Shown here one piece after another: positions 27,600 to 36,861 of a stretch of DNA of 64,000 nt (positions within the stretch are counted from its first letter, which is position 1; the number at the start of each line of letters is the position of its first letter). The DNA lies in the IMG/VR virus record IMGVR_UViG_2850925934_000001, positions 1 to 64,000 of that record, one strand, 5' to 3'. A model generated the notes under the pieces. It made no database searches. It was not told the origin of the DNA and was given only the letters and a program-made list of their open reading frames with translations. Both the position numbers and the translations under genes were made by a program. This DNA is from an uncultured virus (IMG/VR IMGVR_UViG_2850925934_000001). Lineage: Duplodnaviria > Heunggongvirae > Uroviricota > Caudoviricetes.

Positions 27600-28583
27600 T
27601 TGACGAACCCAAACGCAATCTATACGGCGGCCGATTGGTCGCGCCACGAAGACGACTTCACGCAAATGTTCTACGCGCAGAACGTTAAGCAGTTCTGGCT
27701 TCCGGAAGAGATTTCGCTAAATGGCGATCTCCTTTCGTGGAAGGCGCTTAGTCCGGCCGAGCAGACGACGTACATGCGGAACCTTGCGGGACTGACGCTT
27801 CTGGACACGGAGCAGGGAAATACCGGAATGCCTATTGTTGCGCAGCATATCGTCGGCCACCAACGAAAGGCCGTCCTGAATTTTATGGCGATGATGGAGA
27901 ACGCCGTCCATGCGAAATCCTATTCGAACATATTTATGACGCTGGCGCCTACCGAAACTATTAACGAAGTATTCGAATGGGTTAAGACGAATCCGTATTT
28001 GCAGAGGAAGGCGGCGCTGATAACCGGCTTATATCGCGACATAGAAGAGGGCGATGCCATTTCGCTGTATAAGGCGCTTGTGGCTTCGGTTTACCTCGAA
28101 AGCTTCCTGTTTTATTCCGGCTTTTATTATCCGTTGTATTTCGCCGGCCAAGGAAAGCTAACGAGCAGCGGCGAGATCATTAACCTTATTATTCGCGATG
28201 AGGCGATCCACGGCGTGTACGTCGGCTTATTGGCGCAAGAGATTTACGGAAAGCAAGATCCGGACGTTCAACTAGAGATGCGCGACTTTGCCGTCGAGCT
28301 GCTGACGGAGCTGTACGATAATGAAGTCGCATATACCGAGGACCTATACGATGCGGTCGGCTTAACGCACGATGTAAAACGATTCCTTCGTTACAACGCG
28401 AATAAGGCGCTACAAAACCTCGGCTTCGATCCGTATTTCGAAGAGGAAAGGCCGAATCCTATCGTCATGAACGGACTGAATACGAAGACGAAATCGCACG
28501 ACTTCTTCTCGCAAAAAGGGAACGGCTATAAGAAGGCGACGGTCGAGGCGCTCAAAGATTCGGATTTTTATTTCGAGGGATAA
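27600..28583 (+). CDS. nrdF: Class Ib RNR beta subunit
   Basis: [34 protein letters not shown]. Confidence 0.97.
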   Translation: MTNPNAIYTAADWSRHEDDFTQMFYAQNVKQFWLPEEISLNGDLLSWKALSPAEQTTYMRNLAGLTLLDTEQGNTGMPIVAQHIVGHQRKAVLNFMAMMENAVHAKSYSNIFMTLAPTETINEVFEWVKTNPYLQRKAALITGLYRDIEEGDAISLYKALVASVYLESFLFYSGFYYPLYFAGQGKLTSSGEIINLIIRDEAIHGVYVGLLAQEIYGKQDPDVQLEMRDFAVELLTELYDNEVAYTEDLYDAVGLTHDVKRFLRYNANKALQNLGFDPYFEEERPNPIVMNGLNTKTKSHDFFSQKGNGYKKATVEALKDSDFYFEG

Positions 28584-28584
28584 C

Positions 28585-28622
28585 TGCGCGGTTTTTCTCC
28601 TAGGCGCATATTATTTCACGTA
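28585..28622 (+). promoter_or_regulatory. Copy 3 of TGCGCG-N13-GYGCATA motif
   Basis: TGCGCG gtttttctcctag GCGCATA ttatttca CGTA. Confidence 0.55.
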
Positions 28623-28662
28623 GGATGTCGCAAAAGTACGCATGCCGAGGAGGTCATCGCCT

Positions 28663-28821
28663 ATGAAACGATTTATCAGCGCCACGGCAACGGTCATCGC
28701 CGGACTGCTCTTCGTCCTTCCGTACATTCATACGATAGGGTTCCGGTGGTTTTCGGTAGTAGCCGTGTTCGCCTTGATTGCGATATTAACAAGCGAAAGC
28801 ACGAAGGAGGAAACGAAATGA
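28663..28821 (+). CDS. 52-aa membrane protein
   Basis: RBS GAGGAGG; two hydrophobic segments; ATGA overlap with dut. Confidence 0.6.
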   Translation: MKRFISATATVIAGLLFVLPYIHTIGFRWFSVVAVFALIAILTSESTKEETK

Positions 28822-29366
28822 ACGTAAATATTAAACGGCTATCACCGGACGCACAGATTCCGGCTTATGCACACGCAACGGACGCTGGCTTCGATTTAGT
28901 GGCGGCAGAGGACGTTATTATCGAACCGGGCGAGACGGCGTGTGTGCCGACGGGCTTGGCGTTTGAGATTCCGGAGGGTTACGAAATGCAAATCCGGCCA
29001 CGATCGGGCATTACGCTGAAGACGTCTTTACGCGTGCAGCTCGGAACTGTAGACGCGGGCTATCGCGGAGAGGTCGGAGTGATCGTCGATAATATTGCGC
29101 AGAAGGTAGTGCTAGGACTCGATCTTAACCAACAAGCGATCGAATACAGCGAGATCACTTCGCCGGAAGTCATTAGCGGTTCATTAGAGAACGAATGGGA
29201 TTACTTCGGATATTATCCGAACGATACGTACATCATCCGCAAAGGCGATCGTATTGGGCAAGGGGTAATTAAACCGGTCGAGCAAGTTGAGTTTGTGGAA
29301 GTTTGTGATCTTAGCGAATCTGACAGAGGTGATGGTGGATTTGGCAGCAGCGGAGCGTCCGTATAA
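28818..29366 (+). CDS. dut: Trimeric dUTPase with phage-specific insertion
   Basis: AGFDL, RPRSG, GTVDAGYRGE, GDRIGQ, RGDGGFGSSG. Confidence 0.95.
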   Translation: MNVNIKRLSPDAQIPAYAHATDAGFDLVAAEDVIIEPGETACVPTGLAFEIPEGYEMQIRPRSGITLKTSLRVQLGTVDAGYRGEVGVIVDNIAQKVVLGLDLNQQAIEYSEITSPEVISGSLENEWDYFGYYPNDTYIIRKGDRIGQGVIKPVEQVEFVEVCDLSESDRGDGGFGSSGASV

Positions 29367-29847
29367 AGAGCTAAGTTTATCTAATGGCGGAATATGTTTA
29401 GTCAGCGAAGAGGACTTCGATAGTTTGAGTAAATATAAATGGCACAGGAGGAGTTCCGATGGATATGCGGCTCGCACTGTGTATAATGCTGGTAAATTCA
29501 AAACTATTCGAATGCACCGGGAGATTATGCGCCCTCCGAAGGGATTTGTTGTAGATCACATTAACCGAGACAGATTAGACAATCGAAGGGATAACCTTAG
29601 AATCGCTACCACAAGCCAAAATATTGCTAACTCGGTAAAACCTTCTACCAACTCGTCCGGCTATAAGGGAGTACAGTACCGAAAAGACCAAGGAAGATGG
29701 AGATCGTGTATATGAGTAAACAAAAAGCCCATCTCTTTAGGGCAGTATGATTCAGCAGAAAAGGCGGCACAAGCATATAATGAGGCCGCAATAAAGTATT
29801 TTGGAGAGTACGCAAGACTGAATGATCTCCCTAAGGAGGACGCTTAG
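29335..29847 (+). pseudogene. Freestanding HNH-AP2 endonuclease with in-frame TGA at 29713-29715
   Basis: VDHINRDRLDNRRDNLR HNH, then SGYKGV..WRSCI*VNKKPISLGQYDSAEKAAQAYNEAAIKYFGEYA in the same frame; start approximate. Confidence 0.85.
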
Positions 29848-30069
29848 ATGGCGCAAATATACGCATGCTTTCTAAACGGCAAGCTGTACGGATGGGGTGA
29901 CCTCGAATATATGAGCGAGCTATTTCGCGATTACGTTGTTTATTGCGAGATGTATGGGATAGACGACTGTACATTCCGAATAACTACGAAGGAGAAAGCT
30001 CGTAGCTTAATGCTTAACGAAACTATTTACGAAAATGGCGAAGCATTAAAACGATTGGAGGACGAATAA
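29848..30069 (+). CDS. Hypothetical protein
   Basis: RBS AAGGAGG. Confidence 0.6.
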   Translation: MAQIYACFLNGKLYGWGDLEYMSELFRDYVVYCEMYGIDDCTFRITTKEKARSLMLNETIYENGEALKRLEDE

Positions 30070-30849
30070 ATGGCGGAAACCAAAATGAACGTACAGCTAC
30101 TCGCATATACGCAATTGAACGAGAAGTTTTATCGTTCTCTCAATTACGGAAATTATGACGTTATTCTCGGATGTTTTGACGGTAACCACGTCGAAGATCA
30201 CGATATCACTGACGGCCAAGCGGTCGCCCTTACCGCAATCAGAACGTGCTACAGCGCCAACAAGCCCTCCGAAATCGTCGCAAATGAAGGCGCCAAGTAT
30301 TTCGGCTCCAAAGCGTCAGATGGCGGCACAGGCACGGACGCCGACCGGCTATTCCGACACATCTTCGCATCCAAACACACGTCGACGTTGGAGCACCTAA
30401 CGTTCACTTTTGCGATTGAAGGCGTCAGCCGGGCGTTACTTGCGCAGCTTACACGCCATCGCGCCGGCTTCAGCTTCAGCGTCCAGTCACAACGTTATGT
30501 GCGGATGGGGAGCGGTGATAGATCCGGCGGGTTCGATTACGTGGTTCCCGATAAAGTCGACGATCCGGAAGCCGACGCCATATTTATCGCGGCAATGCAA
30601 GACGCACAGCGAAAATATGACGAATTGAGAACGTTAGGAGTGCCCGCCGAAGATGCCCGCGCCGTCCTGCCAAACGCAGCCGCAACGAATCTCGTAATGA
30701 CTGCGAATCTGACCGCGTTGCTTTCGTTCTATTCTAAACGCAAAAAAGGGCGCGGCGCACAGGCGGAAATCACCGAATTAGCCGAAGCGCTAAGACGCGA
30801 AGTGGTCGACGTGGAACCTTGGACTGCGCAATTTTTCGAGGAGGTGTAA
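30070..30849 (+). CDS. thyX: Flavin-dependent thymidylate synthase
   Basis: HTSTLEH, RHR...SVQSQRY, EDARAVLP. Confidence 0.95.
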   Translation: MAETKMNVQLLAYTQLNEKFYRSLNYGNYDVILGCFDGNHVEDHDITDGQAVALTAIRTCYSANKPSEIVANEGAKYFGSKASDGGTGTDADRLFRHIFASKHTSTLEHLTFTFAIEGVSRALLAQLTRHRAGFSFSVQSQRYVRMGSGDRSGGFDYVVPDKVDDPEADAIFIAAMQDAQRKYDELRTLGVPAEDARAVLPNAAATNLVMTANLTALLSFYSKRKKGRGAQAEITELAEALRREVVDVEPWTAQFFEEV

Positions 30850-30851
30850 GC

Positions 30852-31442
30852 ATCGGAATACTAACGAATCTAGCGATGTCAACGCAATTACTTACGAACC
30901 CGACCGCCAAGCCGCCGGAACCACCACCGCCAGACCCACCGCGCATCACCGAAGAAGAATATGCGCTACAAGAGGCGGAAGCCCTTATCGAAGGCAATGA
31001 CGCTGAATTGGCGGTCAAGGATGCGAAGATAAAAGCGCTCGAATCCGAACTTGCTTCCGTAAAAGACGAAGTTAAGGCGCGAGCTAACGAAAATCGCGAT
31101 AGGCCACCGCAGAAGAACGAAGAGCCCGCCACACGGCAAACGTTCGAAGCGTCTGCTTATACGGCATATTGCGCGGAAGGATGTACCGGAACCACAGCGA
31201 CCGGCCTCGACGTCAGCCATACGATCTATCACGCAGGCAAACGCATTATAGCGGTCGATCCGTCAGTGATTGCGTTAGGCACGACGGTTGAGGTGCGGCA
31301 GGCAGACGGCACGACGTTCGAAGCCGTGGCGCAGGATACAGGCGGCGCAATTCAAGGCGCCAAGATTGACGTATTAGTTTCGACGGAAGCCGACGCGGTA
31401 CAGTTCGGAAGGCAGTCGGTTGAGGTGCGCGTAATAAATTAA
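30852..31442 (+). CDS. 3D-domain (lytic transglycosylase-like) protein with coiled coil; start uncertain
   Basis: FEASAY...TATG...IAVDPSVIALG...AQDTGGAIQGAKIDV. Confidence 0.85.
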   Translation: MGILTNLAMSTQLLTNPTAKPPEPPPPDPPRITEEEYALQEAEALIEGNDAELAVKDAKIKALESELASVKDEVKARANENRDRPPQKNEEPATRQTFEASAYTAYCAEGCTGTTATGLDVSHTIYHAGKRIIAVDPSVIALGTTVEVRQADGTTFEAVAQDTGGAIQGAKIDVLVSTEADAVQFGRQSVEVRVIN

Positions 31443-31564
31443 CGGGAGGGCTATCGTAATGTTTAACGGATTGGGCGCTGACAATAGGGACGCACTAGCT
31501 AAAGCGATTATACGCGTATTAAATGCAATCGCGAGTCATTACGAAAATAAGGGAGGCGGAATAA

Positions 31565-32494
31565 ATGGCGGAAACCAACACTAAAATCCACGTACTGGCT
31601 GACGAAACACTTGGCGGCATCAAGCGCGAATACGTAGAGGTCGATCGGAAGGCGGAGGTCGGCGAGAAGATCGTAATTGTAGATAAATATGGTATCGAAG
31701 ACGGGTACGAAAACGGCGCTATTTTTACGGTAGATCATGCTTTCCATCCGAGACTTGCGCATGTAGAAAGTAACGAAGCTAAAAGCGTTAACAATCTCTC
31801 CGGATTCATTCTTCGCGAAGAATATCACGTACTCGAACCGACCGACATCGTTCACATTTACGGGCCTGACGGTACAACGCAACGCTACGAATTAACCGAT
31901 CGCAAGGCGGAAGTGGGCGAGAAGGTTGTGCATGTGGATAAAGACTGCGCTGAATCTGACGGAGTAGTAACCGAAGTTACCGAAGTAGGTGTCAGTATGG
32001 TTGACGTATCTAGTTACGAAGCTTCCGACGGAGGATCTGTTTGCGGAATCTCTCACGGATATTATCGCGTCCTCGTCCCGGTCGAATCCACCGAAGACGA
32101 GCCGCAGCCAGCCGACCCAATCGATGTTATCGCCAATTTAGCGCAAGAGGTGGCGGAATTGAAGCGTAAGGTGAGCGACCTAGAAACGGTTGTGGAACGT
32201 CATGAGCGCATAAATGGTCGTCATAATTGCGAAATCGACACGCTCCACAAAGACAATCGGACGCTCGGCAAAGAGTTGGCGCGGTTGAAGGAGCCGACGA
32301 AAACTGAAGAGTGCGCTCCGATTGATGCGCCGCTAGTTTTTATTCAACGGAAAATTGGCGATGCGTTTGACGTGTATCAAGACGGAAAGAAATTGCGCGG
32401 GATAAGGCATATTCGTATTGACGCCGCGGCGGGGGAATTCACCACGCACGATATCGAATTTGTTTCCGGAGCAACCGAGGAGGAGCGTCCATGA
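31565..32494 (+). CDS. Hypothetical protein with duplicated DRKAEVGEK repeat and coiled coil
   Basis: Internal repeat; RBS GGAGG. Confidence 0.7.
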   Translation: MAETNTKIHVLADETLGGIKREYVEVDRKAEVGEKIVIVDKYGIEDGYENGAIFTVDHAFHPRLAHVESNEAKSVNNLSGFILREEYHVLEPTDIVHIYGPDGTTQRYELTDRKAEVGEKVVHVDKDCAESDGVVTEVTEVGVSMVDVSSYEASDGGSVCGISHGYYRVLVPVESTEDEPQPADPIDVIANLAQEVAELKRKVSDLETVVERHERINGRHNCEIDTLHKDNRTLGKELARLKEPTKTEECAPIDAPLVFIQRKIGDAFDVYQDGKKLRGIRHIRIDAAAGEFTTHDIEFVSGATEEERP

Positions 32495-33066
32495 AGCTCG
32501 CCCTGACCGCGCCGTTACGCGCAGGCAAGACGGAGGCCGCCGGCTATCTATCGGTGTACTACGATTTTCAAAAGTTCGCCTTCAGTGACGAATTAAAGGC
32601 GGCTTTCCATCGCGCTTTCCCTTCCGTACCTGAAAAGCCGAAGCCGCGCGCATATTATCAAGAATTCGGTCAGGCGGCGCGGAAGATACTCGGAGAGAAC
32701 GTCTGGATAGACGCATGCATGGCGAAGGTCGACGCATACACGGCGCTCTTTGCTCGCAAATGTGATTGCGGCTTAACACCGTCCCTAAAGAATCGTGTAC
32801 TGATCGAAGACGTTCGGCAGCAGAACGAATATGACCGACTGCGCGCCGAAGGATTTACGATCATACGCATTACCGCACCGGAGGAATTACGGATCGAACG
32901 CGCACGGAAGGCCGGCGACGATTTCGATTTAGCAGCGCTCGATCATCCGACTGAAAAAGCGCTGCAAACTTTCGAAGTTGATTACGAAATCGTGAACGAT
33001 GGGACGTACGAGCAGCTCTACGCGAAATTGGATGCGCTGGCTGCCGAGTTACTTGGCCGAGCTTAA
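32491..33066 (+). CDS. Deoxynucleoside monophosphate kinase
   Basis: P-loop APLRAGKT, FAFSDELK, IEDVR. Confidence 0.8.
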   Translation: MKLALTAPLRAGKTEAAGYLSVYYDFQKFAFSDELKAAFHRAFPSVPEKPKPRAYYQEFGQAARKILGENVWIDACMAKVDAYTALFARKCDCGLTPSLKNRVLIEDVRQQNEYDRLRAEGFTIIRITAPEELRIERARKAGDDFDLAALDHPTEKALQTFEVDYEIVNDGTYEQLYAKLDALAAELLGRA

Positions 33067-33432
33067 ATCGAAAGCATAAACGCCGGAAGGGTATGCCATA
33101 TACGCCTGCTTTGCGGCTTCCTCTTCGCCAATCATCTGAAAACGTAACGGAAGGTCCTCGTCTTTGAATCCGGCCGCCTTAATTACTTTGCTTGCGGCTT
33201 TATTATACGAGCGCTTATCGAATTTGAACGGAGTCGCATCGGCCTTAACGCTTTCCGGCTTTGCGCAAACAAGGCGATTCGCTTCGTCATCATAGCCGAT
33301 CGTCAGGTAAAACGGTGCTTTGTCAGGCAGGCCGATGATTTTACGTGCGCCGGACGAAACGTATATCCTTCGTTGTTTATCAAGCGTTATGTAAGCGTCA
33401 TTACTTTGCGCTGAAATCCAATTTATAACCAC
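33049..33432 (-). CDS. AbrB/MraZ-like swapped-hairpin protein with its own promoter
   Basis: ITLDKQRRIYV and FKFDKRSY duplicated motif; TTGACT-17-TATAAT at 33492-33464. Confidence 0.6.
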   Translation of the reverse strand: MVINWISAQSNDAYITLDKQRRIYVSSGARKIIGLPDKAPFYLTIGYDDEANRLVCAKPESVKADATPFKFDKRSYNKAASKVIKAAGFKDEDLPLRFQMIGEEEAAKQAYMAYPSGVYAFDLSSAK

Positions 33433-33556
33433 GCAATTCACCTCGATTATACATTATACGGAAATTATATTCGCTTTTGGGGCGAAAGTCAAACGAAAGG
33501 GGGCGATTGATATAGGGAAAGCTGATCGTAAACGCTGGGAAGGAAACGTTAAGTCG

Positions 33557-34735
33557 ATGGAAATCATCGCGAAGGATCGCGGCCAAATAACTGAAGAAGA
33601 TATCGAATTCTTACGCCAAAATTATACGTCGGCAGGCGGGTTACTACCGAATGCCTTTAGCGGTGGGGCCTTTTTCACGCCTACTCACATTGCAAAGTTT
33701 GTATGGGATGTATTAAAGCCGCGGTTGCCGGAGACTCCGAAGGTTTTAGAGCCTTCCGTGGGTGCAGGTGTATTTCTTGAACATGCGCCGAAGGCCGCCG
33801 ACATCACAGCGTTAGAACTCGATAGTACAAGCGCGAAAGTAACATCACTGTTATATCCAGACGCTGAAATTATCGAAGGGGATGCGCTAGTACATGGCCG
33901 CCGAGATTACTACGATCTAGTAATCGGCAACCCGCCATACGGAGTAAACGTTAAATTCGAGCCGCAAGAAGACGAGGAATGGCGGTCAATTACTAAAAAG
34001 AAGGGAGAATGTGGAGGCAAGTCGGAGGTTGTTTTTATCGAACTCGCCATCAAAGCGGTTAAGCCCGGCGGTTATATTGCGTTTGTACTTCCGTTAGGCA
34101 TATCCTTCGCAAGCTATGCATCCAAGCTTCGAAAACTTATGCACGAAACGTGCTGGCAGGTCGCGACTATCATACTTCCGGGAGAAACGTTCCACCACGT
34201 AGGTACTGCGATTCCTACGCAGATATTAATACTGCGGAAAGCACCGCCTAGAACGGAGTTAATACCGCCAGCAACTACGAAATGGCGCTCAAATTTCAGA
34301 AGAGGCGGTGACACCGACATAACGGAATATAATGCAAAATTTCTCGAAGGTCAGCCGCCTGCTTATTTCGCGAAAGTAACAGATATTGGATGGGACGCGA
34401 AAGGAAAATCAACAGAGGCGTCGGGCGAGGGTCTAACGCAACTTGACGAACTTGTTGACGATTTCACTGACGATAACCTTATGCGCGAAAATCTATACCC
34501 GCATTTACCTAGCTGGCACGGAATCGACAAAGGAAACGAGGCATTCTTCTTCTCACATGGCAACGGTCAGTGTGATGGCTTAAGAGACGCAGCAGCCACT
34601 TTTCCGGAAGGTCCTTATCGCTGGAATGAACTAACGTTAGGCGCCGGGGATGAGATCGAATGGAATGGACGTATGGTGAGCTCGTTTGATTTCGATTGGC
34701 AGGACGAAATCGTTCGCAATTATTTCGATAGATAG
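33557..34735 (+). CDS. N6-adenine DNA methyltransferase (true start may be ATA at 33512)
   Basis: FFTP, LEPSVGAG (motif I), IGNPPY (motif IV); no adjacent restriction gene. Confidence 0.9.
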   Translation: MEIIAKDRGQITEEDIEFLRQNYTSAGGLLPNAFSGGAFFTPTHIAKFVWDVLKPRLPETPKVLEPSVGAGVFLEHAPKAADITALELDSTSAKVTSLLYPDAEIIEGDALVHGRRDYYDLVIGNPPYGVNVKFEPQEDEEWRSITKKKGECGGKSEVVFIELAIKAVKPGGYIAFVLPLGISFASYASKLRKLMHETCWQVATIILPGETFHHVGTAIPTQILILRKAPPRTELIPPATTKWRSNFRRGGDTDITEYNAKFLEGQPPAYFAKVTDIGWDAKGKSTEASGEGLTQLDELVDDFTDDNLMRENLYPHLPSWHGIDKGNEAFFFSHGNGQCDGLRDAAATFPEGPYRWNELTLGAGDEIEWNGRMVSSFDFDWQDEIVRNYFDR

Positions 34736-34768
34736 CGCGATTACTAGAGCGAGAAGGAGGTTTTACGT

Positions 34769-35158
34769 ATGGGAACGGTCAAAGTCGATCTACACGGAAA
34801 GGATCGCGAATTTAACGCCGCGTATGCGCTCGACGACGCAGAGGGCGTCAAGTTGCTACTCGCCGATTACCAGAAGTTCGTCAGCCGGAAGCGCTGCGGC
34901 GACTATGCGGCCGTGGAAGTACTGATCGATATTCACAAGGCGATCGAGCTCGCCGGCTTAACGGATCGACAACGACAGGCGATCGAGCTCGTTTACTTCG
35001 GCGAACTAACGCAAGCCGAGGCGGGCGAACGGATAGGTATTGCGCAAAACACGTTATCTGAAACCATCGATCGTGCTGCGGAGAAGATTGCGGACATTTA
35101 TTACTATTGGGCCGGCCACGGCGAAGGATACACGACAGGGGGACGAATTAATGGATAA
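34769..35158 (+). CDS. Sigma-70 region-4-like regulator (probable late activator)
   Basis: LTDRQRQAIELVYFGELTQAEAGERIGIAQNTLS. Confidence 0.8.
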   Translation: MGTVKVDLHGKDREFNAAYALDDAEGVKLLLADYQKFVSRKRCGDYAAVEVLIDIHKAIELAGLTDRQRQAIELVYFGELTQAEAGERIGIAQNTLSETIDRAAEKIADIYYYWAGHGEGYTTGGRING

Positions 35159-35639
35159 AACGATTTTGCACGAAACGATTACGGAAATGTACACACGCAC
35201 TAAGGCCGGCAAGATGACACGGCAGGAGCGAATTGAGGCAATAACGGCCTTGTCGGACGCTTACTTCGATTCTACCGGAGAGCATCCGGAGCCGTCAGCG
35301 CTTGAGCGAATGGCTAATCTCGTACTTTACGAAGAATTGTCCGACACTCATGCCGATAAAGTATCCCGGGAAGAGTACCCGATCATGAGCGAAACGCAAT
35401 TTGACGAGAGATATAAACGTGAAGCTTCGGACAAACTGGCGGAGGAATACGACCAAACCGGCTCTTATAAAGGCCGACCGATACGCAGGCCACGCTCTTC
35501 TTACGAAAATAAATTACTCGATAGGCGCGCCAAGGCACGTAATGAAGGGCGGAGAAAACGTTATTCGGCATTCGTTAATGGAAGGTCGGACGGCCAGTTC
35601 ACCGTAAATATCGCTACCGGCGAAAAAGTTTATCACTGA
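35151..35639 (+). CDS. Hypothetical protein coupled to the sigma-like gene
   Basis: LERMANLVLYEEL...EEYPIMSETQ. Confidence 0.7.
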   Translation: MDKTILHETITEMYTRTKAGKMTRQERIEAITALSDAYFDSTGEHPEPSALERMANLVLYEELSDTHADKVSREEYPIMSETQFDERYKREASDKLAEEYDQTGSYKGRPIRRPRSSYENKLLDRRAKARNEGRRKRYSAFVNGRSDGQFTVNIATGEKVYH

Positions 35640-35650
35640 TACCTATATTT

Positions 35651-35676
35651 TATCGCGTTAGTTGTCTATACGTTAT
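35651..35676 (+). promoter_or_regulatory. Candidate late promoter copy 1 (TATCGCGTTAGTTGTCTATACGTTAT)
   Basis: 22/26 identical to 42530-42555. Confidence 0.55.
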
Positions 35677-35726
35677 GAGGGCGCCAATTCAGCGCTCTTT
35701 TATTTTGCGAAAAAGGAGACGATTTA

Positions 35727-36527
35727 ATGAAGAGATTACGAGTTATTAATACGGAAACAGGCGAAGACTGGTCGGAAAGGTACACGCTGCGGCACCGCAA
35801 CCAAGACGATGCCTTTCGCCAGCAACAAGAAAAGACGGCTGATCGGCGCGATTTCTCAAACGCCAATATGTCTAATATTCACGAAGTCTATGACGCTCTT
35901 ACGACTGCACAGTGCGGCTACCTGATGCTGCTACAGTGCTACGTCGACTATAACGGTGTTCTTATCAAATCCAGCCGCAACAAAACGCCGATGACCACTG
36001 CTGACATGCTGGACGTTTTGCAGCTCGTTAAAAAACCTCGGTCCTTTTACGACTTCCTTTCCGCCTGTACCGCGCATGACATTATCCGGGAAGAGGACGG
36101 CCGCTACAGCGTAAATGAGCGCTATCACTTCAAAGGTAATTTCGGTAGCCAGCAAGTCGTCAAGCTTTACAGCGCGAAGATTAAACGTGTGTACAGCGAA
36201 GTGAAGGCGACGGACATCGGACTGATCTACCGGATGCTGCCGTTCATTCATTACGAAACAAACGCTTTATGCGAAAATCCTTTCGAAAAGAATCCGAAGT
36301 GCATCCGTTGGTTCAATAAGAAGGAGCTTGCGGCGGCGATCGGCGTTACTTCGGATACACTTGGCCGGCGCCTGAAGCAAATGAAATTCGACGGCGAATA
36401 CGTTGTTGCGCGCATTAAAGTCGGAAGCGAGCCGGAGCGCTATACGTTTAATCCCAACGTATTCTATCGACAATCCAAGACGCCGGACAAAACGCTGATT
36501 GCGCTGTTCAACGTTAAGAAGGTATAA
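35727..36527 (+). CDS. Tandem winged-helix protein, plasmid Rep-like
   Basis: Two wHTH units ending YSVNERY and YTFNPNVF. Confidence 0.6.
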   Translation: MKRLRVINTETGEDWSERYTLRHRNQDDAFRQQQEKTADRRDFSNANMSNIHEVYDALTTAQCGYLMLLQCYVDYNGVLIKSSRNKTPMTTADMLDVLQLVKKPRSFYDFLSACTAHDIIREEDGRYSVNERYHFKGNFGSQQVVKLYSAKIKRVYSEVKATDIGLIYRMLPFIHYETNALCENPFEKNPKCIRWFNKKELAAAIGVTSDTLGRRLKQMKFDGEYVVARIKVGSEPERYTFNPNVFYRQSKTPDKTLIALFNVKKV

Positions 36528-36528
36528 T
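36499..36528 (+). promoter_or_regulatory. SigA-like promoter for the arbitrium mini-gene
   Basis: TTGCGC-18 bp-TATAAT. Confidence 0.6.
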
Positions 36529-36552
36529 TTTACTATATCGGAGGTGAGACGA

Positions 36553-36639
36553 ATGGGAGAGATCAAACTGGGAGCTAATCCATTAGAAAGCGCGATCAGA
36601 GGCGCGGGGCCGGCGGAGAGCGCATCACGCGGAGCATAA
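36553..36639 (+). CDS. 28-aa tandem arbitrium-like peptide MGEIKLGANPLESAIRGAGPAESASRGA
   Basis: RBS GGAGGTGA, ATG 36553, TAA 36637-36639; contains SAIRGA, SASRGA and EIKLGA; no signal peptide. Confidence 0.85.
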   Translation: MGEIKLGANPLESAIRGAGPAESASRGA

Positions 36640-36643
36640 AACG

Positions 36644-36677
36644 AAAAAGGACGCCTTATCCGGGCGTCTTTATTTTT
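36644..36677. terminator. Bidirectional terminator
   Basis: AAAAAGGACGCC-ttatccg-GGCGTCTTTATTTTT between convergent genes. Confidence 0.8.
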
Positions 36678-36681
36678 GCGT

Positions 36682-36861
36682 TTAAATATTCTTTTTCATC
36701 CCGCATCGCCGGCACTCCCGAAGAAACTTTCCGCTCTTCACCGAGCTTTTGAACAGCGTATAGTCGCAGTTATCACATCGTCCTGCGCGCTTATCCGGAA
36801 ATTCCTTGTATTCGTAAGTGATCGACGTATCGATGCCGTTAGTCTCGTATTTTTCCTCCAT
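36682..36861 (-). CDS. 59-aa Zn-ribbon protein
   Basis: MEEKYETNG...CDNC...CRRCG; RBS GGAGG; extended -10 TGGTATAAT. Confidence 0.7.
   Translation of the reverse strand: MEEKYETNGIDTSITYEYKEFPDKRAGRCDNCDYTLFKSSVKSGKFLRECRRCGMKKNI

Noticed and set aside
33460..33473. Possible LexA box CGAATATAATTTCC (minus strand)
   Set aside because: Three mismatches; explained by the -10 hexamer
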